From Candidatus Electronema halotolerans (GTDB taxonomy: Bacteria > Desulfobacterota > Desulfobulbia > Desulfobulbales > Desulfobulbaceae): a DNA stretch of 32,000 nucleotides. Under the pieces are notes generated by a model. That model saw only the letters and a list, made by a program, of their open reading frames with translations, made no database searches and had not been told where the DNA came from. Of this stretch, positions 16,575 through 26,557 are shown one piece after another. The position numbers were made by a program, and so were the translations under genes. The stretch is taken from assembly GCA_942493095.1 (NCBI GenBank), contig OW818675.1, positions 1,620,001 through 1,652,000 on the forward strand, given 5' to 3'. The stretch's first letter is position 1, and every line of letters starts with the position of its first letter.

Positions 16575-18383
16575 TTATTTCGGCAGAACCAAGAGCACCT
16601 CAGTGCCGCCGCTCTCCCGTCTGCGGATGCGCATGGTGCCGCCGTGATCATGAACCACGCGGGTCACTAAGGCCAAGCCCACGCCAGTGCCTGCGGTTTT
16701 GGTGGTGTAGAAGGGATCAGCAGCCCGCTGGAGGTCAGTGTCAGCAATGCCGATGCCGCTGTCCCGGACAGCAATGCGCATCTGCTCCGCATCCGCCGCG
16801 ACCTCGACCTTGAGCTGGCCGCCCTGCTCCATTGCCTCGACCGCGTTGCGGATCAGATGAATCAATACTCGTTTCATCTGGCAGGGATCAACACAGCAGG
16901 TGAACTTGCGGTCCGGCATGATCACCTCATATTCCACGCCCTGCTTCTGCATGACGCTGTAGAAAAGCATCAGCGATTTGATGATCATGGGATAGAGCGA
17001 GACATTTTCTTTGACTGGCGGCGATTTGTCAACAAAGTTGAGCAGATCCTCCAAAGCCTGCTCGATCTTCTCCACCCCGCTGACCATCATGCTGAGAAAG
17101 TTGAGCTGCTGGGGATCACTGCTCTTGCGGGCCAGCAGCCGGGCCGTGCCGCCAATGGCTGTGACCGGATTGCGGATGTTGTGGGCCAGCTGGGCCGCCA
17201 TCTGGCCGACAGCGGCGTAGCGTTCCGCCTCGACCAGGAGGTCCTTGTTTTTTTCCAGCTCCTCAGTGACCTCCTCCAGCTCGTTGATTTTATGCTCCAT
17301 GCTCATGTAGAGCCGCCAGTGCTCAATGGCCAGGCTGGCTTGGCTGGCAAAACTCTCCAAAGCATGAACTTGGGCCTCATCAATCGGTTTGCCGGTGACA
17401 AAATGGTCAGCAATGATCACGCCCAGCGAACTGCTTTGGGAAAAAAGCGGTGCAACCACAAAACAGTCAACTTCCAGCAAGCCCATCAACTCCACTGACA
17501 CCGGGCACTCGCAGTTGCCGTTTTTAACATTGATGCTCCGCCGCTCCAGAGCGGCCCGAATCAGCAGATGCTCCTTGTCTGACGCATCAACCCGCAAAGC
17601 GCGGACGATCCGGTTGACCGCATCGTTCTCCTGAAAGGCATGCTCCCGGATTGATTCAATCAGATCATGAAAATGCAGATCCTGCCTGCTGATCTCCTGC
17701 CAGATTCGCCCTGCCTCCTCCTGGCTGCTTGGACCAATGGCGAGTCGGCCTTGCAGCTCCTTGTCTGATTCGTCAAACAGGGCGAGAAAGGCCCGGTTGA
17801 AGCTCAGGCCCTCCTCAGCCGTGATGCCGATGAGAATGGCCCGCAGGATTTCATCAAGGGCATTCATGCTCAAATAGGCGCTGTTCATCTTCACGGCCAG
17901 CTCGTGGATGAGCTGGAGCCGGAAATGGGCCTGTTCAACCTGTTTCTGATAGCGGCGGTTGCTGATCTTGAGCCGCCGCTTCTCCAGCACCTTGCGCACC
18001 GTTTCCCAGAAGGGGTCAAACTGGACTGGCTTGGTCAGATAGTCGTCCGCGCCGTGCCGGATGCACTTGAGCGCGGTCTGGAGATCGGTCACACCGGAGA
18101 GCATGATGATGGCCGTGTCCGGGTCAGCCTCCTTGATCTCCGGGATCAGGTCAACGCCGCAGCCGTCCGGCAGATTGATGTCCAGCAGAACCAGAGCGAC
18201 CCGCTCCTGCCGCAGCATTTGCCGGAACTCCGCCACTGAGGCGGCGGTTTTGGTCTTCAGAGACCGATGCTGAAGATAGGCTTGGAGGATGTCGGCGATC
18301 TGGACAAAGTCGTCCACAGCTAAAACAATTTCATCATCTTCAAGATAGGCTGTGGAGACAGGAGAGTCGGAAGAGGCGCTCAT
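16575..18383 (-). CDS. Hybrid histidine kinase with N-terminal receiver domain, GAF-like region, HisKA and HATPase_c
   Basis: REC (LLDINLPDGCGVDLIPEI...LTKPV), GAF-like (GLSFNRAFLALFDESDKELQGRLAIGP), H-box (MAAQLAHNIRNPVTAIGG), N-box (HLIRNAVEAMEQGG), G boxes (DSGIGIADTDLQRAADPFYTTKTAGTGVGLAL). Start MSASSDSPVST at 18383. Confidence 0.9.
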   Translation of the reverse strand: MSASSDSPVSTAYLEDDEIVLAVDDFVQIADILQAYLQHRSLKTKTAASVAEFRQMLRQERVALVLLDINLPDGCGVDLIPEIKEADPDTAIIMLSGVTDLQTALKCIRHGADDYLTKPVQFDPFWETVRKVLEKRRLKISNRRYQKQVEQAHFRLQLIHELAVKMNSAYLSMNALDEILRAILIGITAEEGLSFNRAFLALFDESDKELQGRLAIGPSSQEEAGRIWQEISRQDLHFHDLIESIREHAFQENDAVNRIVRALRVDASDKEHLLIRAALERRSINVKNGNCECPVSVELMGLLEVDCFVVAPLFSQSSSLGVIIADHFVTGKPIDEAQVHALESFASQASLAIEHWRLYMSMEHKINELEEVTEELEKNKDLLVEAERYAAVGQMAAQLAHNIRNPVTAIGGTARLLARKSSDPQQLNFLSMMVSGVEKIEQALEDLLNFVDKSPPVKENVSLYPMIIKSLMLFYSVMQKQGVEYEVIMPDRKFTCCVDPCQMKRVLIHLIRNAVEAMEQGGQLKVEVAADAEQMRIAVRDSGIGIADTDLQRAADPFYTTKTAGTGVGLALVTRVVHDHGGTMRIRRRESGGTEVLLVLPK

Positions 18384-18498
18384 GGGCTGTCGGCAGGCTT
18401 GAAATTCCGTGAAAAAAATAGAAAATAAGAACCACGCTGCAAGGGAAGCCAGTAATACCGCATAACTTTGCAGTTGACAACTGAAAAACGCTGCGGCT

Positions 18499-20511
18499 AT
18501 GCTGAGAGCCTCAACCCTTCCCATGAAATCAGAACAGATGAGGCAGATGAAGACTATCTTTGGGCGGACAGGCCTGCTTGCCCGGTCCATGCCCCAGCAT
18601 GAGCTGCGGCCCGGTCAGCTGCGGATGGCTGAAGCTACAGCCAAGCTCCTGGCCCGCCAAGATGGCCCGCCTGCCTCTTGTTTGATCGTGGAGGCGGAGA
18701 CAGGGCTGGGCAAGACCTTGGCCTATCTGATTCCGGCAGTTCTCAGCGGCAACAAGACAGTGGTTTCGACCAGCACCCGCAACCTGCAAGATCAGATACT
18801 GAGCAGCGAAATACCTTTCATCCGGCAGCATCTGGCTCCTGCTCTGACGGCGATGTGTGTCAAGGGCCGCCAGAACTATCTTTGCCTGCATCGCTGGCAG
18901 CAGCTCATTGCCGGCAGCCGCCAGCAGGAGCTGTTCGCCGCCGGCAGAGCAAATATTTCCGGCATTGCCGCAGTCCGGGCCTGGCTGCGGCGGACAGTCT
19001 TTGCCGACCGGGCCGAGCTGCCTGAATTGGCGGACAGTTCCCTTCTCTGGCAGAAAATCTGCTGCCAGTCGCATTCCTGTCTTGGCCCGGACTGCCCGGA
19101 GCACAGCCGCTGTTATCTGAACCGTGTCCGGCGCGAGGCGGCCTCTTGTCAGCTCTTGGTGGTCAATCACCATCTTTTCTTTTCTGATCTGGCTCTGCGG
19201 CGGCACGGCTGCGGAGAAGTGCTGCCCCGCTGCGAAACAGTCATTTTCGACGAGGCCCATCATCTGGAGGATATTGCCGCCCAATTTTTTGGCCTCTCCT
19301 TTTCGCGCCGCCAGTTCCTGGAGCTGATCAACGATCTGGAAAAAGCGGCCCAGGACAGCGGCAGCAAGCGGCAGCAGAAAAAAATCTTCACTGCCTTGGA
19401 AAGCCTTGCCGGGCCGGGCGGACACTTTTTCAGTCTTTTTCCCGCAGTCAGAGGCCGTGCGCCGCTGATTGAACTGTTTGCTGACCAGCCGCAGCTTGCA
19501 GTGGCCACTGATGTGCTCCGGGCACTGCTTGGCCATCTTGCCAAACTGCTGGCAAAGGAAGCGGAAAAGGAGCGGCTTTGGAAGCAGTATCAGCTCCGCT
19601 GCGAGGCAATGGCTGAAAATTTTGGCGAAATCACTGCCCAAGCCGCTGCGGCGCAGGACAGCCATGTCCGCTGGTTTGAGCGGAATGAAAAGAATCTCAC
19701 CCTTGCCGCCACGCCTGTTGATGTTGCTGATGACCTCCAAAAGACGCTTTTTTCCCAAGCGCAGCATTGCCTGTTCACCTCTGCCACCCTGAGCGCAGGG
19801 GCTGGATTCGAGTATTTCAGCAGCCGTCTCGGCATTCCTGGGCAGAGCCGCACCTGCTCTTTTCCCTCGCCTTTTGATTACAAAAAGCAGATGCTTCTCT
19901 ATGTCCCGGACAACAGCTTTCCTGAACCGAACGCGCCTGAGCACCGGGAACGGCTTCACCAAGAGATCAAAGCGCTGATCCAATGCTCGCAGGGCCGCGC
20001 CTTGGTGCTGTTCACCTCGTTTCAGGCAATGGAGCTTGCCTGGCAAAGCCTGCGGGATGAGGTGGACTATCCGCTGCTCCGGCAGGGCGAAGCCTCGCGC
20101 CAGCTTCTGCTGACCCGCTTTGCCCAGCAGACCGAGTCGGTGCTTTTTGCCGTGGCCAGTTTCTGGGAGGGAGTTGATGTGCCCGGTGAATCCCTGAGCT
20201 TGGTCATCATTGACAGGCTGCCGTTTGAAGTGCCCACTGATCCGCTGCTGCTGGCCCGCATTGAGCGGATTAAGGCTGCTGGCGGCAATCCTTTTCTTGA
20301 TTTGCAGGTGCCAAGGGCAGTGCTCTCCTTGCGGCAGGGAGTGGGCCGCCTCATGCGCCGGGCAGGAGACCGGGGTACGGCAGCCATTCTTGACGTGCGC
20401 CTGTTCCGCAAAGCCTATGGCTGCAAATTTCTTGCCAGTCTGCCGCCCGCGCCCCTGACGCGGCAGCTGCGGGATGTCGAACGGTTTTTCACGTCATGCT
20501 GTTGCACCTGA
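18499..20511 (+). CDS. dinG: ATP-dependent DNA helicase, DinG/XPD-like
   Basis: EAETGLGKTLAYLIPA (Walker A), Fe-S-type cysteine cluster CVKGRQNYLC...CHSHSCLGPDCPEHSRC-like, DEAH (VIFDEAHHLEDIA), GVDVPGESLSLVIIDRLPF, RQGVGRLMRRAGDRG. The exact ATG is uncertain (18499 or 18523). Confidence 0.88.
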   Translation: MLRASTLPMKSEQMRQMKTIFGRTGLLARSMPQHELRPGQLRMAEATAKLLARQDGPPASCLIVEAETGLGKTLAYLIPAVLSGNKTVVSTSTRNLQDQILSSEIPFIRQHLAPALTAMCVKGRQNYLCLHRWQQLIAGSRQQELFAAGRANISGIAAVRAWLRRTVFADRAELPELADSSLLWQKICCQSHSCLGPDCPEHSRCYLNRVRREAASCQLLVVNHHLFFSDLALRRHGCGEVLPRCETVIFDEAHHLEDIAAQFFGLSFSRRQFLELINDLEKAAQDSGSKRQQKKIFTALESLAGPGGHFFSLFPAVRGRAPLIELFADQPQLAVATDVLRALLGHLAKLLAKEAEKERLWKQYQLRCEAMAENFGEITAQAAAAQDSHVRWFERNEKNLTLAATPVDVADDLQKTLFSQAQHCLFTSATLSAGAGFEYFSSRLGIPGQSRTCSFPSPFDYKKQMLLYVPDNSFPEPNAPEHRERLHQEIKALIQCSQGRALVLFTSFQAMELAWQSLRDEVDYPLLRQGEASRQLLLTRFAQQTESVLFAVASFWEGVDVPGESLSLVIIDRLPFEVPTDPLLLARIERIKAAGGNPFLDLQVPRAVLSLRQGVGRLMRRAGDRGTAAILDVRLFRKAYGCKFLASLPPAPLTRQLRDVERFFTSCCCT

Positions 20512-20541
20512 AGTTCCATTTCAGCAAAGGAAAAAACACCA

Positions 20542-21555
20542 ATGAAATCCTCTCCAGCAGAACATGCTGATTTTTTTGCGCTGATTGCCGCAAACACCGT
20601 CCAGGCCGAGGAAGTCATGCGTGCTGATCTGGCCGCCGCCTTGGCTGACAGCGATCCGCTGCTGCATGAGGTGCTGGAATATGCCCTGCTCGGCAGCGGC
20701 AAGCGGCTGCGCTCCTTTCTAACCACCATCTGCGCCCGGCTCTGCGGCGGCGGAGAAAAGAATATCAGTCTGTTGGCAGCAGCCTTTGAATACCTGCACA
20801 CTGCCACCCTGATTCATGACGATGTCATCGACCATGCGGCCAGCCGACGTGGCAAAGCCTCGGTGGTGCGCCGCTATGGCATGACTGCCGCCATTCTTGC
20901 CGGAGACTGGCTTCATGCCCGGTCCATGCGCCTGATCGGTTTTTTGGCCGGGGCGCAGGCATTGGAGGTCTTCTGCACAGCCACTGCTGACATGGTTGAC
21001 GGCGAATTCCTCCAGATGCGCCATGCGGAAGACCTTGCCATGACAGAAGAGCAGTATTTTTCTGTGATCAAAAAGAAGACTGCCGGACTGATCAAGGCGG
21101 CCTGCGCGGTCGGCACCCTGCATGGTCAGGGCAGCCCGGAGCAGGTCGCGGCCTTGGCGTTGTACGGAGAAAAAATCGGCCTCGCCTTTCAGATTGCCGA
21201 TGATCTGCTCGATTATCTGGGCGAGGAAGAGCAGACCGGCAAAGAGACAGGCAATGATTTTGCCGAAGGCAAGATGACCCTGCCGCTGATTCATGCGCTC
21301 CGCCAGGCGACGGTCCAAGACCAAGAACTTCTGCGCCGCAGTCTGGCTGATGACCAGCGCAGGCAGAGCGGTGCCTTTGCCGCTGTCCGCTCCATTTTGG
21401 CGGAAAACGGCAGCGTTGTCTATTGCCGGAGCCGGGCTGAGGAGGAAATGCGGGCCGGACTGGCCGCGCTGGCCTGCTTCACACGGCAGGAACAGCAGGA
21501 GGACATTGCCGCCCTGCGCAGTCTGGCTGACTATATTCTCAACCGGGAACGCTGA
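20542..21555 (+). CDS. Polyprenyl (octaprenyl/heptaprenyl-type) diphosphate synthase
   Basis: 337 aa with GSGKRLRSFL, first Asp-rich motif LIHDDVIDHA, second GLAFQIADDLLDYLG. Confidence 0.92.
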   Translation: MKSSPAEHADFFALIAANTVQAEEVMRADLAAALADSDPLLHEVLEYALLGSGKRLRSFLTTICARLCGGGEKNISLLAAAFEYLHTATLIHDDVIDHAASRRGKASVVRRYGMTAAILAGDWLHARSMRLIGFLAGAQALEVFCTATADMVDGEFLQMRHAEDLAMTEEQYFSVIKKKTAGLIKAACAVGTLHGQGSPEQVAALALYGEKIGLAFQIADDLLDYLGEEEQTGKETGNDFAEGKMTLPLIHALRQATVQDQELLRRSLADDQRRQSGAFAAVRSILAENGSVVYCRSRAEEEMRAGLAALACFTRQEQQEDIAALRSLADYILNRER

Positions 21556-21564
21556 GGCGGCAGC

Positions 21565-22461
21565 ATGAAAACAACAGGAACCCTCTGGCCCATCCACGCC
21601 CTGATGCTGCTGACCGCCCTGCTGATCGCCACCTCGTTCACAGTCAGCAAAGCAATTGCCAGCGGCCTTGATCCGGCAGTGCTCACCCTGCTCCGCTTTG
21701 CCTTGGCCGCCCTGCTCTTTCTGCCGCTGACCGCGTGGCGGCACGGCCTGCATCTGCCCGGCAAACGGCAGCTTTTGGGCTATGCCAGCATCAGCTTTGT
21801 TCTGACCGGTTTTTTCTGGCTCATGTATCTGTCCCTGCGCACAACCACGGCCCTCAACACTGGCGTGATCTTCACCTTAGTGCCCAGCATCTCCGGCCTC
21901 TACAGCGCAGTCCTGCTGGGCGAACGGCTGGGCCGGAACCGCCTCGCCGCCATGCTTCCCGCCACAGTCGGAGCAGTCTGGGTGCTCTTTCACGGCAGCT
22001 GGGAGCGGCTGGCCGCCTTTGCCCTGCTCTATCCCGGCGACCTGCTCTTTTTTGCCAGCTGCCTGCTCATGGCCTTTTACACGCCCTTGGTCAAATTTTT
22101 TCATCGCGATGAGCCGATGATGGTCATGACCCTGTGGATACTGCTCACCGGCTGCGGCTGGCTCCTCCTTTTTGCCGGGCCGCATTTGCTGACGGTCTCC
22201 TGGCGGGAAACTGCGCCAATCGTCTGGGCCGGGACCGCCTATTTAGCCGTGTTCTCCACCATCATCACCTTTTTCCTCAGTCAGTTCTGCACCATCCGGC
22301 TCGGCCCGACCAGAGTCATGGCCTACAGCTACCTCTATCCGCCCTTTATTTTGCTGTTTGAATGGCTTTGCGGCCACCCGCTGCCCTCGCCCCGGATTCT
22401 GCCCGGCGTGCTGCTGATTGCAGCAGCCATGCTGATCGTCCAGAGCGGGGCGGAGAGGTGA
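21565..22461 (+). CDS. EamA/DMT-superfamily transporter
   Basis: 298-aa polytopic protein with two EamA-like halves (FTVSKAIASGLDPAVLTLLRFALAALLFLPL; SQFCTIRLGPTRVMAYSYLYP). Confidence 0.88.
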   Translation: MKTTGTLWPIHALMLLTALLIATSFTVSKAIASGLDPAVLTLLRFALAALLFLPLTAWRHGLHLPGKRQLLGYASISFVLTGFFWLMYLSLRTTTALNTGVIFTLVPSISGLYSAVLLGERLGRNRLAAMLPATVGAVWVLFHGSWERLAAFALLYPGDLLFFASCLLMAFYTPLVKFFHRDEPMMVMTLWILLTGCGWLLLFAGPHLLTVSWRETAPIVWAGTAYLAVFSTIITFFLSQFCTIRLGPTRVMAYSYLYPPFILLFEWLCGHPLPSPRILPGVLLIAAAMLIVQSGAER

Positions 22462-22499
22462 AACTCGCGTTCGTCCCCAAGCTCTGCCACCGGCTTTTG

Positions 22500-22528
22500 T
22501 TGACAGGGCAGCGATAATCTTCTATAAA
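22500..22528 (+). promoter_or_regulatory. Consensus sigma70-type promoter for the OB-fold periplasmic protein gene
   Basis: TTGACA (22500-22505), 17-nt spacer, TATAAA (22523-22528), ~80 nt upstream of the ATG at 22607. Confidence 0.75.
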
Positions 22529-22606
22529 GGAAATCTGGACAATCATGCGGCGGCAGGCGATGCTCCGCCGCATCAGGATTGAATTCACTCAAGGAGACAT
22601 GCTTCC

Positions 22607-23368
22607 ATGAAGATGCGAAATATTGCCGCAGCCCTGCTGCTGGCCCTGCTGCTCACTGGCCCGGCTCTTGCTGAAGACACGAACAAGGATGCCCCTGCGG
22701 CTGCTCCGGCGCAGCAGGCTGTGCAGGGCAAGGTGCTGGAAAGTCTGTCCGGCGCGGGCTACACCTATCTGCTGATTGAGAACGGGCAGGACAAGACATG
22801 GGCGGCCATCCCAGAGAGCAAAGTTGAAGTCGGCCAGCAGGTTGCCCTGCAGCCGGGCATGGTCATGCAGTCGTTTGAATCCAAAGCCTTGGGCAAGACC
22901 TTTGACCAGATCATTTTCTCGCCTGGTCTGGCTGATGCTGCGGCAGCGGCGCAGGGCCGGGAAACGGACGCGCCTGTGGATGATGAGACGCTGGCCTTGC
23001 TGTCCGGCGGCTCTTCGCGGGCAGTGGTGCCTGCCAATGATGAGCTGAAGGTCGAGAAAGCTGAGGGTGAGAATGGCCGCACTGTGGAGCAGTGCTTTGC
23101 TGAGGCCGGGCAGCTCAACGGCAAGACCGTGCGGGTGCGGGGCAAAGTGGTGAAATTTTCGCCGGAGATCATGGGCAAGAACTGGATTCATCTTCAGGAC
23201 GGCAGCGGCGACCCGATGAAGAACACCCATGATTTGGTCGTCACCACTGCCGAGACCGTTGACAAAGATGCGGTGATTGTTGTTGAAGGAGTTCTCAGCA
23301 AGGACAAGGACTTTGGCGCAGGCTACCGCTACGACGCAATCATCGAGGATGCCAAGATCAGCAAGTGA
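22607..23368 (+). CDS. Exported protein with two NrfJ/OB-fold-like segments
   Basis: Signal peptide MKMRNIAAALLLALLLTGPALA, then GKVLESLSGAGYTYLLIENGQDKTWAAIPESKVEVGQQV and GKTVRVRGKVVKFSPEIMGKNWIHLQDGSG. Confidence 0.75.
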   Translation: MKMRNIAAALLLALLLTGPALAEDTNKDAPAAAPAQQAVQGKVLESLSGAGYTYLLIENGQDKTWAAIPESKVEVGQQVALQPGMVMQSFESKALGKTFDQIIFSPGLADAAAAAQGRETDAPVDDETLALLSGGSSRAVVPANDELKVEKAEGENGRTVEQCFAEAGQLNGKTVRVRGKVVKFSPEIMGKNWIHLQDGSGDPMKNTHDLVVTTAETVDKDAVIVVEGVLSKDKDFGAGYRYDAIIEDAKISK

Positions 23369-23992
23369 TTGCCTGTGAAGCAAGGAATTGATCCGGCCCG
23401 GCTCGGTTTTGATTTTGACGGAGTGATCGCGGACACGGCGGAAGCCTTTCTCCGCCTTGCCTGCGAGGAGCACGACCTCTGCAGCTTCCGCTTGGAGGAC
23501 ATCATCCGTTTCGAGGTCGAGTGCTGCTTGGACATGCCAGCCGAGACTGCTGCAGGCATTTTCGGCAGGATTCTGACTGATTCCCTCGGCTGCGGCCTGC
23601 GGCCCATGCCCGGTGCGCTGGAAGTGCTCACCGAGCTGGCCGATGCAGCCGAGATTGTCACCGTGGTCACGGCCCGGCCTTTGCTCCAGCCGGTGCTGGA
23701 CTGGTTTGCCTGTCATCTGCCGGAGCCGACCCTGCAAGCGGTGCGGGTGCTGGCAATGGGCGATCATGACGACAAACCCCGTCATATCTTGGCGCAAGGG
23801 CTGCGCTGGTTTGTTGATGACCGGGCCGAGACCTGCGCCCAGCTTCATGCGGCTGGCATTCAGCCGCTTGTCTTCCGCCAGCCGTGGAATCAGGGCTGCC
23901 GTGATTTTCCGGCAGTCAGTTCGTGGCAGGAAATCAGGGTGCTTTGTTTTGAGGGAAGAATGAGCGATGCAATCCAGCCTCTGCGGTCATGA
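23369..23992 (+). CDS. HAD-superfamily hydrolase
   Basis: LGFDFDGVIADTAEAF, EVLTELADAAEIVTVVTARPLLQ, GDHDDKPRHILAQGLRWFVDDRAETC. TTG start at 23369 or GTG at 23375. Confidence 0.78.
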   Translation: MPVKQGIDPARLGFDFDGVIADTAEAFLRLACEEHDLCSFRLEDIIRFEVECCLDMPAETAAGIFGRILTDSLGCGLRPMPGALEVLTELADAAEIVTVVTARPLLQPVLDWFACHLPEPTLQAVRVLAMGDHDDKPRHILAQGLRWFVDDRAETCAQLHAAGIQPLVFRQPWNQGCRDFPAVSSWQEIRVLCFEGRMSDAIQPLRS

Positions 23993-24062
23993 GATCAGCA
24001 GGCACGCTTGGAAGGTGACTGCACCTGATAATTAATAATTGGCCAAAAATAGGATAATTGAA

Positions 24063-25133
24063 ATGGCATTCTATCTAAGAAAATCTGTAAAGATAGGACC
24101 AGTAAGATTTAACTTGTCTAAAAGTGGTATTGGCACATCAGTCGGTATTAAGGGTTTTAGAGTAGGTGTTCGTCCAAACGGAAGAAGTTATTTACATGCC
24201 GGCGGGTATGGGATTTATTATCGGCAAGAATTAGGAAGTGGCGGTCGTGCTCGCACAAATGATGTGCCTCCCCCAAGAGAAACAGAAATTGTTCATTCCT
24301 CTCATCCTGATGCCGTCCAGTATAATTCTGCAAGTTCACAGGAACTAACATCAAAATCAAGAAAAGAACTCATCTCAACTCTTAATGACTCATATAAAGG
24401 ATTCAGATTAGATTATTTGTGTGGCTGCTTATTCATTATCCTCTCAATTATTTTTTTTAAGAATAACAATATCGCTGGAATAACTGTAGCAATTATAGGA
24501 GTGTTAGCTACAGCCGCCGTAGCTGTATGGGAGTCTAAGAGACGCACAGTCACAATCACATATGAATTCGAGGATGGAAAAGGAGAGCCTTTCAAGAAAC
24601 TTATATCTGCTTTCAACAAGTTAGCCTCAAATAGCAATGTCTGGGCCTTGATAGATTCTCGAAATATTCATGGCTCTCATGAGTCAAAATTGAATGCAGG
24701 TGCAAGTAATATTATCAGCAGATCAGATGTTCAAATTGGTGAAGGAAAACCACCTTGGGTTAACACAAATATTGATGTGCCTGTAATGAAAGCAAGACAG
24801 CAAACATTATATATGTTGCCAGATGGAATTCTTGTCTACGACAGTAAAGGAGTTGGATTTGTTGAGTATGACACTGTTTCTATATATGACAACACCACAA
24901 GGTTTATTGAAGAGCGTCCACCGCGTGACGCGAAAGTCGTCGACCGTACATGGAAACATCCAAATAAAAAAGGTGGTCCTGATCGAAGATTCAAAGATAA
25001 TTACGAAATTCCAATTTGTTTGTATGGAGAGCTAAAAATTCAATCAGATTCAGGGCTGTTCTTTTTATTAATGACATCGAAACATGATTCTCCATTGGGC
25101 TTTAAAAGAGAGTTCTCTGAAGTATTAAAATAA
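24063..25133 (+). CDS. DUF4236-like N-terminal domain protein with two predicted TM segments
   Basis: MAFYLRKSVKIGPVRFNLSKSGIGTSVGIKGFRVGVRPNGRSYLHAGGYGIYYRQEL is the DUF4236 signature; hydrophobic FRLDYLCGCLFIILSIIFF...GITVAIIGVLATAAVAVW. Confidence 0.8.
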   Translation: MAFYLRKSVKIGPVRFNLSKSGIGTSVGIKGFRVGVRPNGRSYLHAGGYGIYYRQELGSGGRARTNDVPPPRETEIVHSSHPDAVQYNSASSQELTSKSRKELISTLNDSYKGFRLDYLCGCLFIILSIIFFKNNNIAGITVAIIGVLATAAVAVWESKRRTVTITYEFEDGKGEPFKKLISAFNKLASNSNVWALIDSRNIHGSHESKLNAGASNIISRSDVQIGEGKPPWVNTNIDVPVMKARQQTLYMLPDGILVYDSKGVGFVEYDTVSIYDNTTRFIEERPPRDAKVVDRTWKHPNKKGGPDRRFKDNYEIPICLYGELKIQSDSGLFFLLMTSKHDSPLGFKREFSEVLK

Positions 25134-25169
25134 AATTTCCATACGTTGCAAAAATAGTGAAAGAAACTC

Positions 25170-25565
25170 ATGCCGACATATCGAAACCCTGTTCCCACTG
25201 TTGACATCATAATTGAGCTGGAACAGGGCATTGTCCTGATTGAGCGCAAGAATCCGCCGCCCGGCTGGGCCTTGCCCGGCGGTTTTGTTGATTACGGCGA
25301 GAGCTTTGAGCAGGCCGCCGTGCGCGAGGCCAAAGAGGAAACCGGCTTGGATGTCACGCTGATCCGCCAGTTTCATACCTATTCCAACCCGGAACGCGAC
25401 AAACGTCTGCATACTGCTTCCACAGTTTTCATCGCCAAGGCAGAAGGCGAGCCACGCGGCTTGGATGATGCCTTGCAGGCGAAGATATTCAAGCAGGATG
25501 CCCTGCCGCCCTTGGCCTTTGATCACGCCCAGATTCTGGCCGACTATTTCAGCGGCAGGTATTGA
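25170..25565 (+). CDS. Nudix hydrolase
   Basis: Nudix box [26 protein letters not shown]. Confidence 0.92.
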   Translation: MPTYRNPVPTVDIIIELEQGIVLIERKNPPPGWALPGGFVDYGESFEQAAVREAKEETGLDVTLIRQFHTYSNPERDKRLHTASTVFIAKAEGEPRGLDDALQAKIFKQDALPPLAFDHAQILADYFSGRY

Positions 25566-26548
25566 TGCGCAAGAGGGCTGTTCTGCTGCTGGCTGCCGTG
25601 CTCTTGGCCATGCTGCTGCCCGGCTGCGGCAGGCAGGAAAAATCAGAGTCAAAGCCGCCGCTGCTGATCTTGGACACCGACCTTGCTTCTGATGCGGATG
25701 ATGTCGGGGCAGTGGCGGTTCTTCACCATTTAGCAGACCAAGGCCGGGTCAGGATTCTGGCCATGATGGTCTCCTCTGCCAATCCGTGGAGCGCGGCCTG
25801 CCTGCAATCCCTTAATGCGTGGTTTGGGCGGCCAGAGATTCCTGTCGGCAAAGCGGCTGCCGGAGCGGTGGAGGATGAATCAGCCTACACCCATGCCATT
25901 GCCGAGGAATTTCCCTGTCCAGCGGCAGAACCGCAGGAGGCGGTCACACTCTACCGGCGGCTGCTGGCGGAACAGGCCGACCAGAGCGTGCTGCTTGTCA
26001 CAACTGGCTATCTGACCAATTTGGACAGGCTGCTCCGCTCCAAGCCGGATGCGCTCTCGCCATTAACCGGCCTTGAGCTGGTGCGCCGGAAAGTGCGGCA
26101 CTTAGTCTGCATGGGCGGCCAGTATCCATCAGGCCAAGAGTGGAATTTTCACCAAGATGCGGCAGCAGCAGCCTATGTGGTCAGCCATTGGCCCCGGCCC
26201 ATATTCTTTGTCGGTTTTGAACTTGGCAAAGATATTCTGACCGGCGCGGGCCTGCGCAGGCTGCCTGCAAAGAATCCAATCCGCCGCAGCTACGAGCTGC
26301 ACAACAAGCTGGCAGGCCGTCCGAGCTGGGATCAGATCGCCGTCTATTATGCGGTCATGGCATCGAATGACGGACAGTCTGCTTTCTGGTCAACAATCTC
26401 TGGCAGAAATCTGGTTCAAGCAGACGGCAGCAACCGCTGGCTGGCTGAGACTGAACAGAATGCTGCTCATGCCTATCTTGTGCAGCGCGCTGAGTCCGGG
26501 CAGATTGCCAGCCAATTGGAACAGCTCATGCTGACTGCCGCACCATAG
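25562..26548 (+). CDS. Nucleoside hydrolase-like lipoprotein
   Basis: Lipobox [11 protein letters not shown]; [24 protein letters not shown] resembles the Asp-rich N-terminus of the IU-nucleoside hydrolase fold. Confidence 0.75.
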   Translation: MMRKRAVLLLAAVLLAMLLPGCGRQEKSESKPPLLILDTDLASDADDVGAVAVLHHLADQGRVRILAMMVSSANPWSAACLQSLNAWFGRPEIPVGKAAAGAVEDESAYTHAIAEEFPCPAAEPQEAVTLYRRLLAEQADQSVLLVTTGYLTNLDRLLRSKPDALSPLTGLELVRRKVRHLVCMGGQYPSGQEWNFHQDAAAAAYVVSHWPRPIFFVGFELGKDILTGAGLRRLPAKNPIRRSYELHNKLAGRPSWDQIAVYYAVMASNDGQSAFWSTISGRNLVQADGSNRWLAETEQNAAHAYLVQRAESGQIASQLEQLMLTAAP

Positions 26549-26557
26549 AGTTTTATT

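Noticed and set aside
22589-23848. 419-aa minus-strand ORF opposite the OB-fold and HAD genes, and 26390-27346 minus opposite the membrane protein
   Set aside because: Shadow ORFs; the sense strand has signal peptide, HAD motifs and TM pattern, plus promoter and Shine-Dalgarno support.
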